From Acidobacteriota bacterium (lineage in GTDB: Bacteria > Acidobacteriota > UBA890 > WLXD01): 64,000 nt of DNA. Below the pieces are notes generated by a model, which saw only the letters and a list, made by a program, of their open reading frames with translations, did not search any database and was not told where the DNA came from. This document shows positions 32,834-43,565 of the stretch, piece after piece; the first letter of the stretch is position 1; each line of letters begins with the position of its first letter. The stretch lies in NCBI GenBank assembly GCA_965248695.1, contig CBDFKD010000002.1, forward strand, positions 2,240,001 through 2,304,000, given 5' to 3'. Both the position numbers and the translations under genes were made by a program.

Positions 32834-33919
32834 TCAGTCGCGCACGGCGTCGGCGAGCAGCTTCAACTTGTCGTTCATACGGGCCAGGTCCGGCGCAGCG
32901 TTGTCGTGCTCCTGCTGGGTTACCACGACCATGTCGAGGCTGGGGATCACCACCACGATGCGCGCATCCCAGTCGCCGTCGGCGACGTAGGTGTCGATCG
33001 GCACGGCCGGCCATGCGCGCCGCGCCGTGCCGCCGACAATGCCGTTGAACCACCACGTGTAGCCGAAGATTCCCGGCCCGACCGCCGTCTGGTTGCACTC
33101 GCCGCCGAAGGTCCCGACCGGCAGATAGTCGTTACAGGCGGTGGCGGATGCGACCGGCATGTTGCCGGCTATCTGCACGCGCACGCTGTCGGTGAAGTGG
33201 GCGTCGGCGAGCACCTGGCGCCCTAGCCAGCGGCCGCGATTGAGCCATAGCCAGCCAATCCGGGCGAAGTCTCGTACCGAGATCAGCACCCCACAGCGCT
33301 CGCGCGCGCCGCTCAGACCGTCCTCGAGCTTGAGCCGGCGCAGGCGCTTGCGGATTGCTTGTGCCACCGTGCGCCCACCGAATACCTGACGCAGCGACTC
33401 ACACAGCAGTCGGATGCCGTTGTCGTTGTACGACCAGGCTGCCCCCGGTCGATCGGGCATCGCATAGCCGCTGGTGTTGTTCGCCAGATGATGAAAGGTG
33501 ATCCTCCGATCGGCATTCGAGAGCTGCGGCCAGTGTGGCGCGATGGATTCGTGCGCGCTGCTCACCTTTCCCTCATCGAGGGCGAAGAACAGCAAGGTGC
33601 CGAGGATGGACTTCAGCGCCGACGCCCAGTCGACGCGTTCATCGACATCGCCCCAGCTGCGCACGATGTAGCCGCGACGGACAATCACGCCCCGGCCTCC
33701 GACCTTGCCAACAAACGCGTCGAGCTTGCCTCCGTCCAGGTCCACGGCTGCCGCGGTGCGCGTCTTCCAGTGGGCGCGTGGAAAGACCGTTGCTCGATCG
33801 ACCGATCCGCGCGTCGCACCGCCCGGGGCGCCGACGACACTGACCGAGCCGATGGCATTGACCGATCCGACGGCGCAACTCAGGCCGAGGGCGGTGAAGG
33901 CGATGAATGCAGAGCGCAC
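32834..33919 (-). CDS. Secreted serine hydrolase (beta-lactamase-like fold)
   Basis: ASALKS (SxxK), WSYND, RDFARIG. Confidence 0.85.
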   Translation of the reverse strand: MRSAFIAFTALGLSCAVGSVNAIGSVSVVGAPGGATRGSVDRATVFPRAHWKTRTAAAVDLDGGKLDAFVGKVGGRGVIVRRGYIVRSWGDVDERVDWASALKSILGTLLFFALDEGKVSSAHESIAPHWPQLSNADRRITFHHLANNTSGYAMPDRPGAAWSYNDNGIRLLCESLRQVFGGRTVAQAIRKRLRRLKLEDGLSGARERCGVLISVRDFARIGWLWLNRGRWLGRQVLADAHFTDSVRVQIAGNMPVASATACNDYLPVGTFGGECNQTAVGPGIFGYTWWFNGIVGGTARRAWPAVPIDTYVADGDWDARIVVVIPSLDMVVVTQQEHDNAAPDLARMNDKLKLLADAVRD

Positions 33920-34119
33920 GATCTATCCGGTTCTTGGCGACGACCGCCCCTGTTGGGGCGACGGAGTCATTGTCGGCACGCTAGCTATAGTAGATGCGAG
34001 TCGGGCCGGGAGGTAACGCCAGGTGTGCAGCAACAGCAGTGTTGAGCACGTCCGACCCGGCCGGTAAGGTCCGCGCCAGGTTGCGGCGAACCGGCGCGAC
34101 GGGAGAAGTGAGGGGTGCG

Positions 34120-35307
34120 ATGGAGTTCTTTGTCGATGCGCGAGCGGCCGCCAATTGCGCCCCCGCGTTGTTTCTCGGTGCCGCACTGGCGCTCGGGGCG
34201 TGCGCCCAGCGTGGCCAGGGCGAGGCCGACTTGAGCACCATCGGGGACGCACCGGAATCCTTCGGAACGTTGCCAGACGGTCGTGCCGTGGGCATGTTGA
34301 CGCTGACCAACGCCAACGGCGTGGAGATACGTACGATTGAATACGGCGCCATCATCGTGTCCATCGAGGTGCCCGATCGCAACGGCAACCTCGCCGATGT
34401 CACGTTGGGGTACGACACGCTCGAGGGCTATCTCGGTGACAGCCTCTATTTTGGCGCGATCGTCGGTCGCTACGGCAACCGCATCGCCGGCGGTCGCTTC
34501 GAGATCGATGGCGCCGTCAGCACGCTGGCGACCAACAACGGCCCCAACCACCTGCACGGGGGCAACCGCGGCTTCGACAAGGTGCTTTGGAACGGAGAGG
34601 CGACGGGTACCGACTCGGTCACGTTCACCTACCTCAGCGTCGACGGTGAGGAGGGCTACCCCGGTAATCTGGATGTGGAGGTCACCTATCGGCTCACCGA
34701 TAACGACGAGCTATCGATCGACTATCACGCGGTGACCGACGCGCCGACGCCGGTCAACCTGACCCAACACAGTTACTTCAACCTCGCGGACGCCGGCGAC
34801 GTGCTGGGTCATGACCTGTGGATAAACGCCGAGCGCTACACGCCCATCGATGCCACTTCCATTCCGACCGGTGAGCTGGCGCCGGTGGTGGGCACGCCGT
34901 TCGACTTCACCACCACCGCTCCCATCGGGTCGCGCATCGAGGCCGATCACGAACAGCTCAGGCACGGCCGCGGTTACGATCACAACTTCGTGCTCGACGG
35001 CGGCGCCGCCGGTGATGTCGAGTCGCTCGTCCACGCCGCCTCGGTGTACGAGCCGAGCAGCGGCCGCGTGCTGAACGTTTATACGAGCGAGCCCGGGATC
35101 CAGCTGTATACGGGCAACTTTCTTGATGGCTCGCAAGTGGGCAACGGCGGACGACGTTACGAACACCGCTCGGGGTTCTGTCTGGAAACGCAGCACTTTC
35201 CCGACTCGCCGAATCAACCCGCGTTTCCGTCGACGATCGTCCGACCGGACGAAGGCTACCGCTCGCGAACCGTGCTGCGGTTCTCGGTGAGCACGCCGGA
35301 GCAATGA
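34120..35307 (+). CDS. galM: Aldose 1-epimerase (galactose mutarotase), lipoprotein
   Basis: GRYGNRI, NHLHGG, NLTQHSYFNL, GYDHNF, CLETQHFPDSPN. Confidence 0.93.
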   Translation: MEFFVDARAAANCAPALFLGAALALGACAQRGQGEADLSTIGDAPESFGTLPDGRAVGMLTLTNANGVEIRTIEYGAIIVSIEVPDRNGNLADVTLGYDTLEGYLGDSLYFGAIVGRYGNRIAGGRFEIDGAVSTLATNNGPNHLHGGNRGFDKVLWNGEATGTDSVTFTYLSVDGEEGYPGNLDVEVTYRLTDNDELSIDYHAVTDAPTPVNLTQHSYFNLADAGDVLGHDLWINAERYTPIDATSIPTGELAPVVGTPFDFTTTAPIGSRIEADHEQLRHGRGYDHNFVLDGGAAGDVESLVHAASVYEPSSGRVLNVYTSEPGIQLYTGNFLDGSQVGNGGRRYEHRSGFCLETQHFPDSPNQPAFPSTIVRPDEGYRSRTVLRFSVSTPEQ

Positions 35308-35434
35308 TCCACCTGCGCGCCAGCCTCAATCGCCCGCAGTCGTCCCTGCGGCATCTCTGAGTGTCGCTGGTGAAGCACGTATACCGGGGGTACAACGACC
35401 GGAACTGCGGTCGTCTGCGGTAGAGTCGTCCGTC

Positions 35435-36253
35435 ATGGCCCGGCGCACGCTGTTGATCGGAACGGTGATCGCGGCGCTCGGTGTGCCGGCTGCCGCTCCT
35501 GGTAGCTTCGGCGACGCTACCGCAAGGTCTTCCGACCGGCGCTCTGCCGAGACCGTTCGGATTCTCGCTTACAACATCCACCACGGCGAGGGAATGGACG
35601 ACCACGTCGACCTGGTGCGCATCGCGGCGTTCATCAACGAGCTTTCACCCGACCTCGTGGCGCTGCAGGAAGTCGACCGCGGAGCGGGGCGCACCGGTGG
35701 CGTCGATCAGGCGGCGATGCTCGGCGAGCTGACCGGTATGAGCGCCGTATTCGGCGAGTTCATGCCGTACCAGGGCGGTCAGTACGGCATGGCGTTGCTG
35801 TCGCGCTGGCCGGTGATCGAGACCACCAACCATCGGCTGCCGGATGGCCTGGAGCCGCGCTCCGCGCTCGCCGCGCGGGTGCGCTCGCCGGCGAGTAGCC
35901 GGGAGCTGATCTTCGCCGGTATCCATCTGTATCGCAGCGACGAGGAACGCCTGGCGCAGGCGAGTCGGATCGTCGAGCTCCTGGGCGACAGTGCGTTACC
36001 GGTGGTGCTTGCGGGCGACTTCAACTCGACGCCCGACTCCGAGGTCATGCGACTGCTGTCGCGCTCCTGGCGCATCGTCGACAAGGGAACGGACCGACTT
36101 ACCTGGTCGTCGACCAAGCCCGAGATGGAGATCGATTATGTGCTGCTGCCGCCGTCCGGAGCGCTCCGGTCGCTGGACCACCGGGTACTCGACGAGGCGG
36201 TGATCTCAGACCATCGGCCGTTGTGGATCGAGTTGAGCTGGGACGACCAATAG
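35435..36253 (+). CDS. Secreted endonuclease/exonuclease/phosphatase family protein
   Basis: YNIHHG, LQEVD, GDFN, IDY, SDHRP. Confidence 0.92.
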   Translation: MARRTLLIGTVIAALGVPAAAPGSFGDATARSSDRRSAETVRILAYNIHHGEGMDDHVDLVRIAAFINELSPDLVALQEVDRGAGRTGGVDQAAMLGELTGMSAVFGEFMPYQGGQYGMALLSRWPVIETTNHRLPDGLEPRSALAARVRSPASSRELIFAGIHLYRSDEERLAQASRIVELLGDSALPVVLAGDFNSTPDSEVMRLLSRSWRIVDKGTDRLTWSSTKPEMEIDYVLLPPSGALRSLDHRVLDEAVISDHRPLWIELSWDDQ

Positions 36254-36271
36254 GGTCCGCCCGACACGGCG

Positions 36272-36514
36272 GTGATCCTTGCCGTCGCGGGTCGCACGGT
36301 CGCGTTCGCCGCCGCCGGCGTCATGCTCGGTCTGCTGGGTGCGCTGACGGTGGCGCGATTTATGTCGGGCCTGCTTTTCGGCGTCGCGCCGACCGACCCG
36401 CTGGTATTCGGCGCCGTGGCGGCGATGTTCACCCTGGTAGCGCTTTGTGCCTGCTATCTGCCGGCGCGAGACGCGGCCCGGCAGGCTCCCGCCAATGCGC
36501 TGCGCGGCGAGTGA
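36272..36514 (+). pseudogene. Orphan C-terminal fragment of a MacB/FtsX (ADOP-like) permease
   Basis: LLFGVAPTDP...CYLPARDAARQAPANALRGE; rest of gene absent. Confidence 0.8.
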
Positions 36515-36563
36515 CCTCAGTCGGTCGGAACTCGCGCCCAGGCGCTTTGCTATTACAGGCCAC

Positions 36564-38354
36564 TCAGTCGACCCTCTCCACCGAGCCGCGCAGCAGCAGC
36601 CAGGTGTCGGGATCGAGTGAAACAGCGGTCGGTTCGCGGTCGGCCGCGATCGAGAAACGATCCGCTGCCGTGCCGAGCTGGACGACCTCACGCCAGTCGG
36701 TCCCGTCGTCGCCTCGCAGCTCCACGGTAAGCGGCATCCGGTAGACGTACCTACCGGGCTGGCGGATCTGGAGATCCACTGTACCGGAGGCCGCGTCGTA
36801 GCTCCACGAGCCCTCGACGTCAATGCTGCCGCCACCGCGGTACAGCCACTGATCGAAGAACTCGCCCAGCTGGCGCCCGGACACGGCTTCCATGACGCGC
36901 CGGAAGTCGTCGGTCGTCGCGTGGCCGTTGAAGTGCGTCGCGTAGTAGCGCCGGATTCCCTTCCAGAACGTTTCCGTGCCCACCAGGCCGCGCAGCATGT
37001 GCAGCGTCCAGGCTCCCTTCTGGTACTGCATCGGCGTGGTGACCTTCGACATGTCGTCGAGATTGTCATGCACGATGCGGTAGTCGGGGTTGCCGGCGTA
37101 GAAGGCCAGCACCCGATCGCGGGCGCTGCGCAGGCCGTCCACGAACGCGTCGCGCCCGTAATGGTGCTCGATAAAGAGCAGCGTGAAGTAGGTGGCGAAC
37201 CCCTCGCTCAGCCACACGTCGTCCCAGTCCCACTCGGTGACCGCGTTGCCGAACCACTGATGGGCGATCTCGTGGATGATGACGTTGCGCCAGCGGATGC
37301 TGCGCGTACCAGTTACCGAATCATCGCCGTAGAAGATGGCCGAGGCCGACTCCATGCCCCCGCCGACGCTATTGGACTGGATGTTGGCGAGCTTCTCGTA
37401 GGCGTACGGCCCTACCCACTCGGAGTAGAAGTCGAGCGCCTCGCGCGTCGGGTAGGCGAAGTCGTAGAACCCTGCATCGCGGTCCTGGGCGTACACCCAG
37501 GTCTGCACCGGCACACCGGCGTGCTCTCCGAGGTGTTGCACAGCGAAGCGGGCCGCCCCCAGCACATACAGCCACGGCGCGATCGGCACCGTCTGGCGCC
37601 AGTGGGTCAAGCGATTGCCGTCGGCGAGATCGGTCTCCTCCACCAGCAATCCGTTGGAGACGACCTGATAGTGGTCCGGGGCGGTGATCACCATCTGGCT
37701 CCGCGCCTTGTCGTACGGGTGGTCGACCGTCGGCAGCCAGTTGCGCGCCTTGGCGGGCCAGTTGTCGGAGAAGAAGGTGCGATCACCGTGCTTGTTGTTG
37801 CCGATCACGAGGCCGGTCTCGGGCACCCCCGCGTAGGCAACGGTCAGGAACACGCGGTCCCCCGTCTCGGACGCGCTATCCAGCTCGACGCGCAGGCGAT
37901 CGGCGTCGTGCGAGAAGCGCGCCGGCGCCCCCCGGTCGGGCTCGGGAACCGCCGGGGCCAGCAGGGCGCTCTCGTGTCGCCCGCCCGCCAACCAGACTCC
38001 GGCCACCTGCATCCCGCTCTCGCTGTCGGCAGATGAGCGGCCGATCAGGTCGAGCTCGACCGCGCGGACGCCGTCCGTCTCGAGCCGCAGGTCGATCGTA
38101 GTGAGGCCGGTGATGGAGTCCGACGAATCGTTCAGGGTCAGCCGGAAGATGTACTCGCTGACATCGATGCCGGTGTTCCTGGGGTAGGTGTCGGACGCGC
38201 CCGCGGATCCCACGGCCGCAGCGAGCATGACGCACAGAGCGCTCGCTGCTGACCGACGAATCCGGCGCTGCCGCCGAGCGTTTACGGAAAGCATGTCGTG
38301 GTTCTCCCAGAGGACGCGAGTGGCACCGCCAAGGGGCGCGGCGGGGTCCGTCAT
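36564..38354 (-). CDS. M1 family aminopeptidase (start uncertain)
   Basis: GGMES, HEIAHQWFGN..WLSEGFATY, YQKGA. Confidence 0.94.
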   Translation of the reverse strand: MTDPAAPLGGATRVLWENHDMLSVNARRQRRIRRSAASALCVMLAAAVGSAGASDTYPRNTGIDVSEYIFRLTLNDSSDSITGLTTIDLRLETDGVRAVELDLIGRSSADSESGMQVAGVWLAGGRHESALLAPAVPEPDRGAPARFSHDADRLRVELDSASETGDRVFLTVAYAGVPETGLVIGNNKHGDRTFFSDNWPAKARNWLPTVDHPYDKARSQMVITAPDHYQVVSNGLLVEETDLADGNRLTHWRQTVPIAPWLYVLGAARFAVQHLGEHAGVPVQTWVYAQDRDAGFYDFAYPTREALDFYSEWVGPYAYEKLANIQSNSVGGGMESASAIFYGDDSVTGTRSIRWRNVIIHEIAHQWFGNAVTEWDWDDVWLSEGFATYFTLLFIEHHYGRDAFVDGLRSARDRVLAFYAGNPDYRIVHDNLDDMSKVTTPMQYQKGAWTLHMLRGLVGTETFWKGIRRYYATHFNGHATTDDFRRVMEAVSGRQLGEFFDQWLYRGGGSIDVEGSWSYDAASGTVDLQIRQPGRYVYRMPLTVELRGDDGTDWREVVQLGTAADRFSIAADREPTAVSLDPDTWLLLRGSVERVD

Positions 38355-40036
38355 GCCCCGTCTTCGGAGCCGGGATCGGGGTCGTCAACGACACCGAGGT
38401 CGTGGCGCAGCCTCACGAGCTCTTCTGCAAGCTCTGCACGCAGATCCTGATGTGCAGCATCTGCGTGGATGCTGGCTAGCTCGTGCGGGTCGGTCGACAA
38501 ATCGAACATCTCCCATTCGTCGGTCTCCGGGAAGCGCACCAGCTTATGTCGCTCGGTGACCACCCCGTAGTGCTCGGCCACGGCATGAACGGCATTGGCT
38601 CCCTCGTAGTAGTGATAGTAGAAACTCCGGCGCCAGTCCTCGGGGTCTTCGCCGCGCAACACGGGCACCAGGCTGCGTCCCTGCATGGCCGTCGGCGCCT
38701 CGAGCCCGGCGAGGTCGAGAAATGTGGGGGCGAGGTCGAGGTTGGAGACGATCAGCTGACTAGCGGCGCCGGGGTCGGTCTCGCCCGGCCAGCGAACCAG
38801 CAGCGGTGTGCGCAACGACTCCTCGTAAATCCAGCGCTTGTCGAACCAACCGTGCTCGCCGAGATAGAAACCCTGGTCCGAGGCGTACACCACGACGGTG
38901 TTGTCGGCGATACCCAGCGTTTCCAGGGAATCGAGCACGCGCCCGACGCTGGTGTCGATGGCGGCGATCGTGCGCAGGTAGTCGCGCAGGTACTCCTGGT
39001 ACTTCCAGCGGACGAGATCGCGACCTTCGAGCCCGGCTTCGGCAAACGCTTCGTTGCGCGGCGCGTACTCAGCGTCCCAGGCGGCACGCTGCTCGGTGGT
39101 GAGGCGGTCCATCAGCCGCGCCCAGTACTCCAGCTCCCCATCCGGTGCCGAATCCGCTCGTCCCACCTTGAGGTCCGTCACCAGGGTCATGTGTCGGTCG
39201 ATCTCCATCTCCTGGTTCGACGCGGGGCTGGCGCGGCCGGAGTAGTCGTCGAACAGCGTTGGCGGCTCCGGGAACACCGTGTCCGCGTACACACCCAGCT
39301 CAGCCGGACCCGGCATCCAGTTGCGGTGCGGCGCCTTGTGTCCCAACCACATGAAAAACGGGCGATCCGGGTCGCGCTCGTCGGCGAGCCAGTCGACTGC
39401 CAGGTCGGTGATCACCTCGGTTACGTAACCTTCGTGGCGCACCACCCCTTCCGGCGTGCGCAGGTCGGGGTTGTAGTAGTTGCCCTGACCCGGCAGCACC
39501 TCCCAGCGATCGAACCCGGTAGGGGCGCTCTTGAGGTGCCACTTGCCGAAAGCCGCCGTCTCGTAGCCGGCTCCCCGGAGCAGCTTCGGAAAGGTGGTCT
39601 GCAAGCCGTCGAACGTGTCGACGTTGTCGAGCACGCCATTGATGTGGCTGTACAAGCCGCTCAACACCACGGCGCGGCTCGGAGCGCAGATAGAGTTGGT
39701 CACCAGGGCGCGATCGAAACGCATACCGGCGGCGGCGATGCGGTCGATGTTCGGCGTCTCGTTGAGCACCGAGCCGTAGGCGCCGAGCGCCTGATACGCG
39801 TGGTCGTCGGCGAATATGAAGAGGATGTTGGGCGGTACTTCCTCCATCGACAAGCGACTCGTGTTCGCACAGGCTGCGACCCCACCGAGCGCGATCATTG
39901 CGCCGCACAGAGCTCTACGCCAGTGGCGGAAGCCAGTAGCGTCGCGCGCGCCCGTCACAGGGGTGTTGTTGATCATCCCGAAGGCGGCTGCCTCTTGTGC
40001 CCGAAATAGGCCCACGCGTCCCTCCATGCGTGTCAC
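38351..40036 (-). CDS. Sulfatase (start uncertain)
   Basis: PNILFIFADD, CAPSR, GKWH, SDQGFYLGEHG. Confidence 0.95.
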   Translation of the reverse strand: MTRMEGRVGLFRAQEAAAFGMINNTPVTGARDATGFRHWRRALCGAMIALGGVAACANTSRLSMEEVPPNILFIFADDHAYQALGAYGSVLNETPNIDRIAAAGMRFDRALVTNSICAPSRAVVLSGLYSHINGVLDNVDTFDGLQTTFPKLLRGAGYETAAFGKWHLKSAPTGFDRWEVLPGQGNYYNPDLRTPEGVVRHEGYVTEVITDLAVDWLADERDPDRPFFMWLGHKAPHRNWMPGPAELGVYADTVFPEPPTLFDDYSGRASPASNQEMEIDRHMTLVTDLKVGRADSAPDGELEYWARLMDRLTTEQRAAWDAEYAPRNEAFAEAGLEGRDLVRWKYQEYLRDYLRTIAAIDTSVGRVLDSLETLGIADNTVVVYASDQGFYLGEHGWFDKRWIYEESLRTPLLVRWPGETDPGAASQLIVSNLDLAPTFLDLAGLEAPTAMQGRSLVPVLRGEDPEDWRRSFYYHYYEGANAVHAVAEHYGVVTERHKLVRFPETDEWEMFDLSTDPHELASIHADAAHQDLRAELAEELVRLRHDLGVVDDPDPGSEDGA

Positions 40037-40229
40037 GAATTGCTGGGTAGTCTACGGATCGATCACCTATCGTGGCCCTTGAGCAGCACCAGCCTACGCG
40101 CCGCCGCCGCCAGAAACACATCCGGGACGCGGCGAAGGGCGGGCGGTAAGAAAGTAAAGGCGCCCAACGGACGAATCCGGGGCGCCTCGTCGATCGCCGT
40201 GGGCGGTCGAAGCTGCAGCTATGAGGAAG

Positions 40230-40302
40230 CTCCTGAGGTAGGACTTGAACCTACAACCCTCCGGTTAACAGCCGGATGCTCTGCCAATTGAGCTACTCAG
40301 GA
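40230..40302 (-). tRNA. tRNA-Asn(GTT), CCA not encoded
   Basis: TCCTGAG/CTCAGGA acceptor stem, anticodon loop CTGTTAA, GTTCAAGTC T-arm. Confidence 0.97.
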
Positions 40303-40518
40303 TCCAGAGACGATCAAGCCTCTGAGAGCTGTTGGGCCGGAAGTCAGAAGCTGACCTTGCCGGCGCAGAAAAAGGTACCACCGTTGTCGTCTGCCGGACA
40401 ACAACTTTGCAGGGATGGCGATGATGTGGCTCGCCATGATGTCGACCACCATGGTCGGGGGTCGCTAGCGCGGTGGGCCGCGATGTCCGCTTCCGGGCTC
40501 GACGCCTCCCGCCGATTG

Positions 40519-41121
40519 CTACAGCTCGCGCCGCCCTTCCAGCGCCCGCGACATAGTGACCTCGTCGGCGTACTCGATATCTCCACCCACCGGGATCCCG
40601 GCGGCGATCCTCGTTACCGCTGTCCCCGTGGGCTTGAGCAGCCTGGCCAGGTACGCCGCGGTTGCCTCGCCCTCAACGGTCGGATTGGTTGCCACGATTA
40701 CCTCGCGCACCTCGTTGTCGCGTACACGGCGCTCGAGCTGACCAAGCTGAAGCTCGTCGGGACCGATTCCGTCAAGCGGTGACAGCGAGCCCCCGAGCAC
40801 GTGGTAGCGGCCGCGAAAGCGACTCGTGCGCTCGATCGCAGCCAGGTCGTGGCCTTCCTCGACGATGCACAGCAGGCCGTCGTCGCGTGCCGGATCCGTA
40901 CAGTAGGTACACGGGTCCTGGTCGCTGAGCAGGTTGCAGTTGCCGCAGGGGCGAATCTTGCGGCGCACCTCGAGAAGCGCGTCTGCCAGCTCCTGCGTTT
41001 CGGAGGCCGGTGCCTTCAGCAGATAGAACGCCAGGCGTTGAGCCGTCTTGCGTCCGATGGTCGGCAATCGCTGGAGCCGATCGATGAGATCGGCCACCGG
41101 ACCGGAGTCGGTATAGCTCAT
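40519..41121 (-). CDS. recR: Recombination mediator RecR
   Basis: LPTIGRKTAQRL, C4 zinc finger, NPTVEGEATA. Confidence 0.98.
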   Translation of the reverse strand: MSYTDSGPVADLIDRLQRLPTIGRKTAQRLAFYLLKAPASETQELADALLEVRRKIRPCGNCNLLSDQDPCTYCTDPARDDGLLCIVEEGHDLAAIERTSRFRGRYHVLGGSLSPLDGIGPDELQLGQLERRVRDNEVREVIVATNPTVEGEATAAYLARLLKPTGTAVTRIAAGIPVGGDIEYADEVTMSRALEGRREL

Positions 41122-41124
41122 GGC

Positions 41125-41436
41125 TCAGCCGAGCATTCCGCCGAGCGCGCCGAGGCCGCCCGGGATCATGCCGCCAATCTTCTGCTGAACCTGTTCTTCG
41201 GCCCGTCGCACCGCCTCGCTGACCGCCGACACCACGAGGTCCTGCAGCATCTCGACGTCTTCCGGATCGACCACGTCAGGCTCGATCTTCAGATCGAGCA
41301 GCGTCTTCGCACCGTTCACCGTCGCCGTGACCATGCCGCCGCCAACCGATGCCGTCACCCGCATCTCCTCGAGCTCGGCCTGCAGCTTGTCCTGCATTTG
41401 CTGCGCCTGGCGCATCATCTTTTTCATGTCCATCAT
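41125..41436 (-). CDS. ybaB: YbaB/EbfC nucleoid-associated protein
   Basis: QAQQMQ, GGGMV, EMLQDLV; dnaX-ybaB-recR synteny. Confidence 0.96.
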   Translation of the reverse strand: MMDMKKMMRQAQQMQDKLQAELEEMRVTASVGGGMVTATVNGAKTLLDLKIEPDVVDPEDVEMLQDLVVSAVSEAVRRAEEQVQQKIGGMIPGGLGALGGMLG

Positions 41437-41440
41437 CGGC

Positions 41441-43384
41441 TCACGACTCCTCTACAGAGATCACTTGGCCTTTGAGCTCGCGCAGCAGGTCTTGAACCAG
41501 CGGCTCGCTCTCGGCGCGTTCCAGAAGGGCGGTAGACGCCCTCGAGGCGTCATCGATCGGCGCCGCGGCGCCGTTCTCGGTTCGTTGACCACCGGAGGCG
41601 CTCGTGTCGCTCGGGGCAGCGGGCGTGGCTGGCGTACCTGGCGAGGAAGAGGGAGCGCTGGCGGCCGGTGACGATGCTCGCTGCGCGTCGTCATCGAGCT
41701 CGACACGGGGGTTCACCTGCCTGCCGGCGGCGGCGCTACAGGCAGTTGCCAGCGCCGGTAGGATCTGTGGATCGCGCACGCGCTGCGCGAAAATGCTGGC
41801 GCTTGAAGGAAACCGGAGGGTCAACGTCTTGTCTTCCAGGTCGACGGCGCTGGCGCGGCCCAGCACCTGGGCCACGAGCGGATGCGATTCCTCGAGCGCC
41901 TGCCGGATCGAGCCCAGCAGATCGGCCGGATCGTCGACGTGCATGGTGGCCATCGTGGCCGTGGTGGCTGCGGGCTTCGGAGCTACTGTCTCGAGAGTCG
42001 ATTCGCGAGACGGCGGCGCGTCGGGTTCCGGCGGCAGCGGCGGCTCGTCTGAGACTGGAGCTGTGTCCAACCCTGGTGCCGCGTGCGAAGCCGGCACGTT
42101 CTCGGGCACTGCCCCTGTCGCGGCGCCGGATCCTGCCGGCGTAGCGCCCTGTGATCGGCCTAGATTGCGCCGTGCCGCGCTGTGGGTGTCGTCGCCGGAG
42201 CCACGGCTGCCGCGCCCACCGGTAGTCCCGCCACCCGATGGCGAGCCGAGCGCGTCGATGAGCTTCTGGATCGGTTCCAGGCGAGGCATGCGCGCCAGCC
42301 GCGACAGCACCACTTCAACGTGATACCGCGGATGCTCGGCAACCTTGATGCGGTATTCGTTGGCAGCCAGCAGGCTGAAGGCGCGATCCAGGTCGTCGAC
42401 CTCGAACAGCTCCGCCTGCTGGCGCAGTCGATCAACGTCGGTCGACGGCAGGTGAAGGATCTCCCCGGGGTCTTGGACGCTGTGCACCACCAGGAGATTT
42501 CGGATATGCCCCAGGAGATCGATGGTGAACTGGTGCAGGTCTACCCCCTGCTCGACCATCTCGTTGACCAGACCGAGCACCCCGGCGATCTCACCGGCGG
42601 CGACCAGGTCGGTGGCGCGGAACAGCAACATGCGATCGACCAGTCCGAGCAAGTCGACAACTGTCGATTCGTCGAGGTGGTCACCGGCGAACGCTATGAG
42701 CTTGTCGAGCAGGCTTTGGGCATCACGCAGGCTGCCATCGGCCGCCGAAGCGATCAGCGCCAGGCCATCGGCCGAAATGTCGATGCCCTCCGCCTCGGCG
42801 ATGCGACCCAGGTGTCCACCGATCTCGCGCTGGCTGATGCGGGCGAACTGGTAGTGCTGGCAGCGCGACAGAATCGTCGGCAGGATCTTGTTGGGCTCGG
42901 TGGTGGCGAGAACGAAGACGATGTACTCTGGGGGCTCTTCGAGCACCTTCAGCAAGGCGTTGGAAGCATGCGGCGTCAGCATGTGGGCCTCGTCGAGAAT
43001 CATCACCTTGTAACGATCCCGCGATGGCGCGTAGCGGGCGATGTCGATGAGCTCCTTCATCTCGTCGAGGCCGCGGTCCGACGCCGCGTCGCGCTCGAAC
43101 ACGTCGAGCGCGCTGCTGCTGGCGATCTCGACGCACGACTCGCACTCGCCACACGGAGTAGCGGTCGCCGTGTCGACAGCGCGGCAGTTGAGTCCGCGCG
43201 CCAGCAGGCGGGCCACAGTTGTCTTGCCGACACCGCGGATACCTGAGAAGCAGTACGCGTGCGCGATGCGCCCCTGGCTGAGGGCGTTGCCGAGCGTGCG
43301 GACGACTGCCTGCTGTCCGACCACCTCCTCGAACTGCTGCGGTCGCCACTTGCGGGCGAGCACCTGATAGTTCTGACGACCCAT
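41441..43384 (-). CDS. dnaX: DNA polymerase III subunit gamma/tau
   Basis: LARKWRPQ, GIRGVGKTT, DEAHML, ILSRCQ. Confidence 0.98.
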   Translation of the reverse strand: MGRQNYQVLARKWRPQQFEEVVGQQAVVRTLGNALSQGRIAHAYCFSGIRGVGKTTVARLLARGLNCRAVDTATATPCGECESCVEIASSSALDVFERDAASDRGLDEMKELIDIARYAPSRDRYKVMILDEAHMLTPHASNALLKVLEEPPEYIVFVLATTEPNKILPTILSRCQHYQFARISQREIGGHLGRIAEAEGIDISADGLALIASAADGSLRDAQSLLDKLIAFAGDHLDESTVVDLLGLVDRMLLFRATDLVAAGEIAGVLGLVNEMVEQGVDLHQFTIDLLGHIRNLLVVHSVQDPGEILHLPSTDVDRLRQQAELFEVDDLDRAFSLLAANEYRIKVAEHPRYHVEVVLSRLARMPRLEPIQKLIDALGSPSGGGTTGGRGSRGSGDDTHSAARRNLGRSQGATPAGSGAATGAVPENVPASHAAPGLDTAPVSDEPPLPPEPDAPPSRESTLETVAPKPAATTATMATMHVDDPADLLGSIRQALEESHPLVAQVLGRASAVDLEDKTLTLRFPSSASIFAQRVRDPQILPALATACSAAAGRQVNPRVELDDDAQRASSPAASAPSSSPGTPATPAAPSDTSASGGQRTENGAAAPIDDASRASTALLERAESEPLVQDLLRELKGQVISVEES

Positions 43385-43453
43385 GGCTGACCAGAAAATC
43401 CAGGAAGATACGGTGAGATATCGCTGCGCTACTCCCTCAACTACGCCGCGAAC

Positions 43454-43565
43454 GAGACGAACGCCGGGTGATCCTGCGGCACCTGCAGGTGCCCGCTTAG
43501 CGCTGCTCCCTTCCGGGTCTGACGCGGTTCACGAGTCTGCACCGCACAGGGCCCGGCGCCGTCCC
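43454..43565 (-). ncRNA. ffs: Signal recognition particle RNA (small type)
   Basis: TCAGACCCGGAAGGGAGCAGC domain IV in a long hairpin upstream of dnaX. Confidence 0.93.

Noticed and set aside
40100-40302. Integrated element at tRNA-Asn
   Set aside because: No integrase adjacent and no duplicated tRNA 3' end found in the window.
41604-42323. Long ORF antisense to the dnaX linker, and similar long shadow ORFs (e.g. 6168-7394, 13037-14338, 38483-40009)
   Set aside because: Expected in high-GC DNA opposite real genes; no motifs of their own.
41441-43384. Programmed frameshift producing DnaX gamma
   Set aside because: No A-rich slippery heptamer noticed; the Pro/Ala linker is typical.
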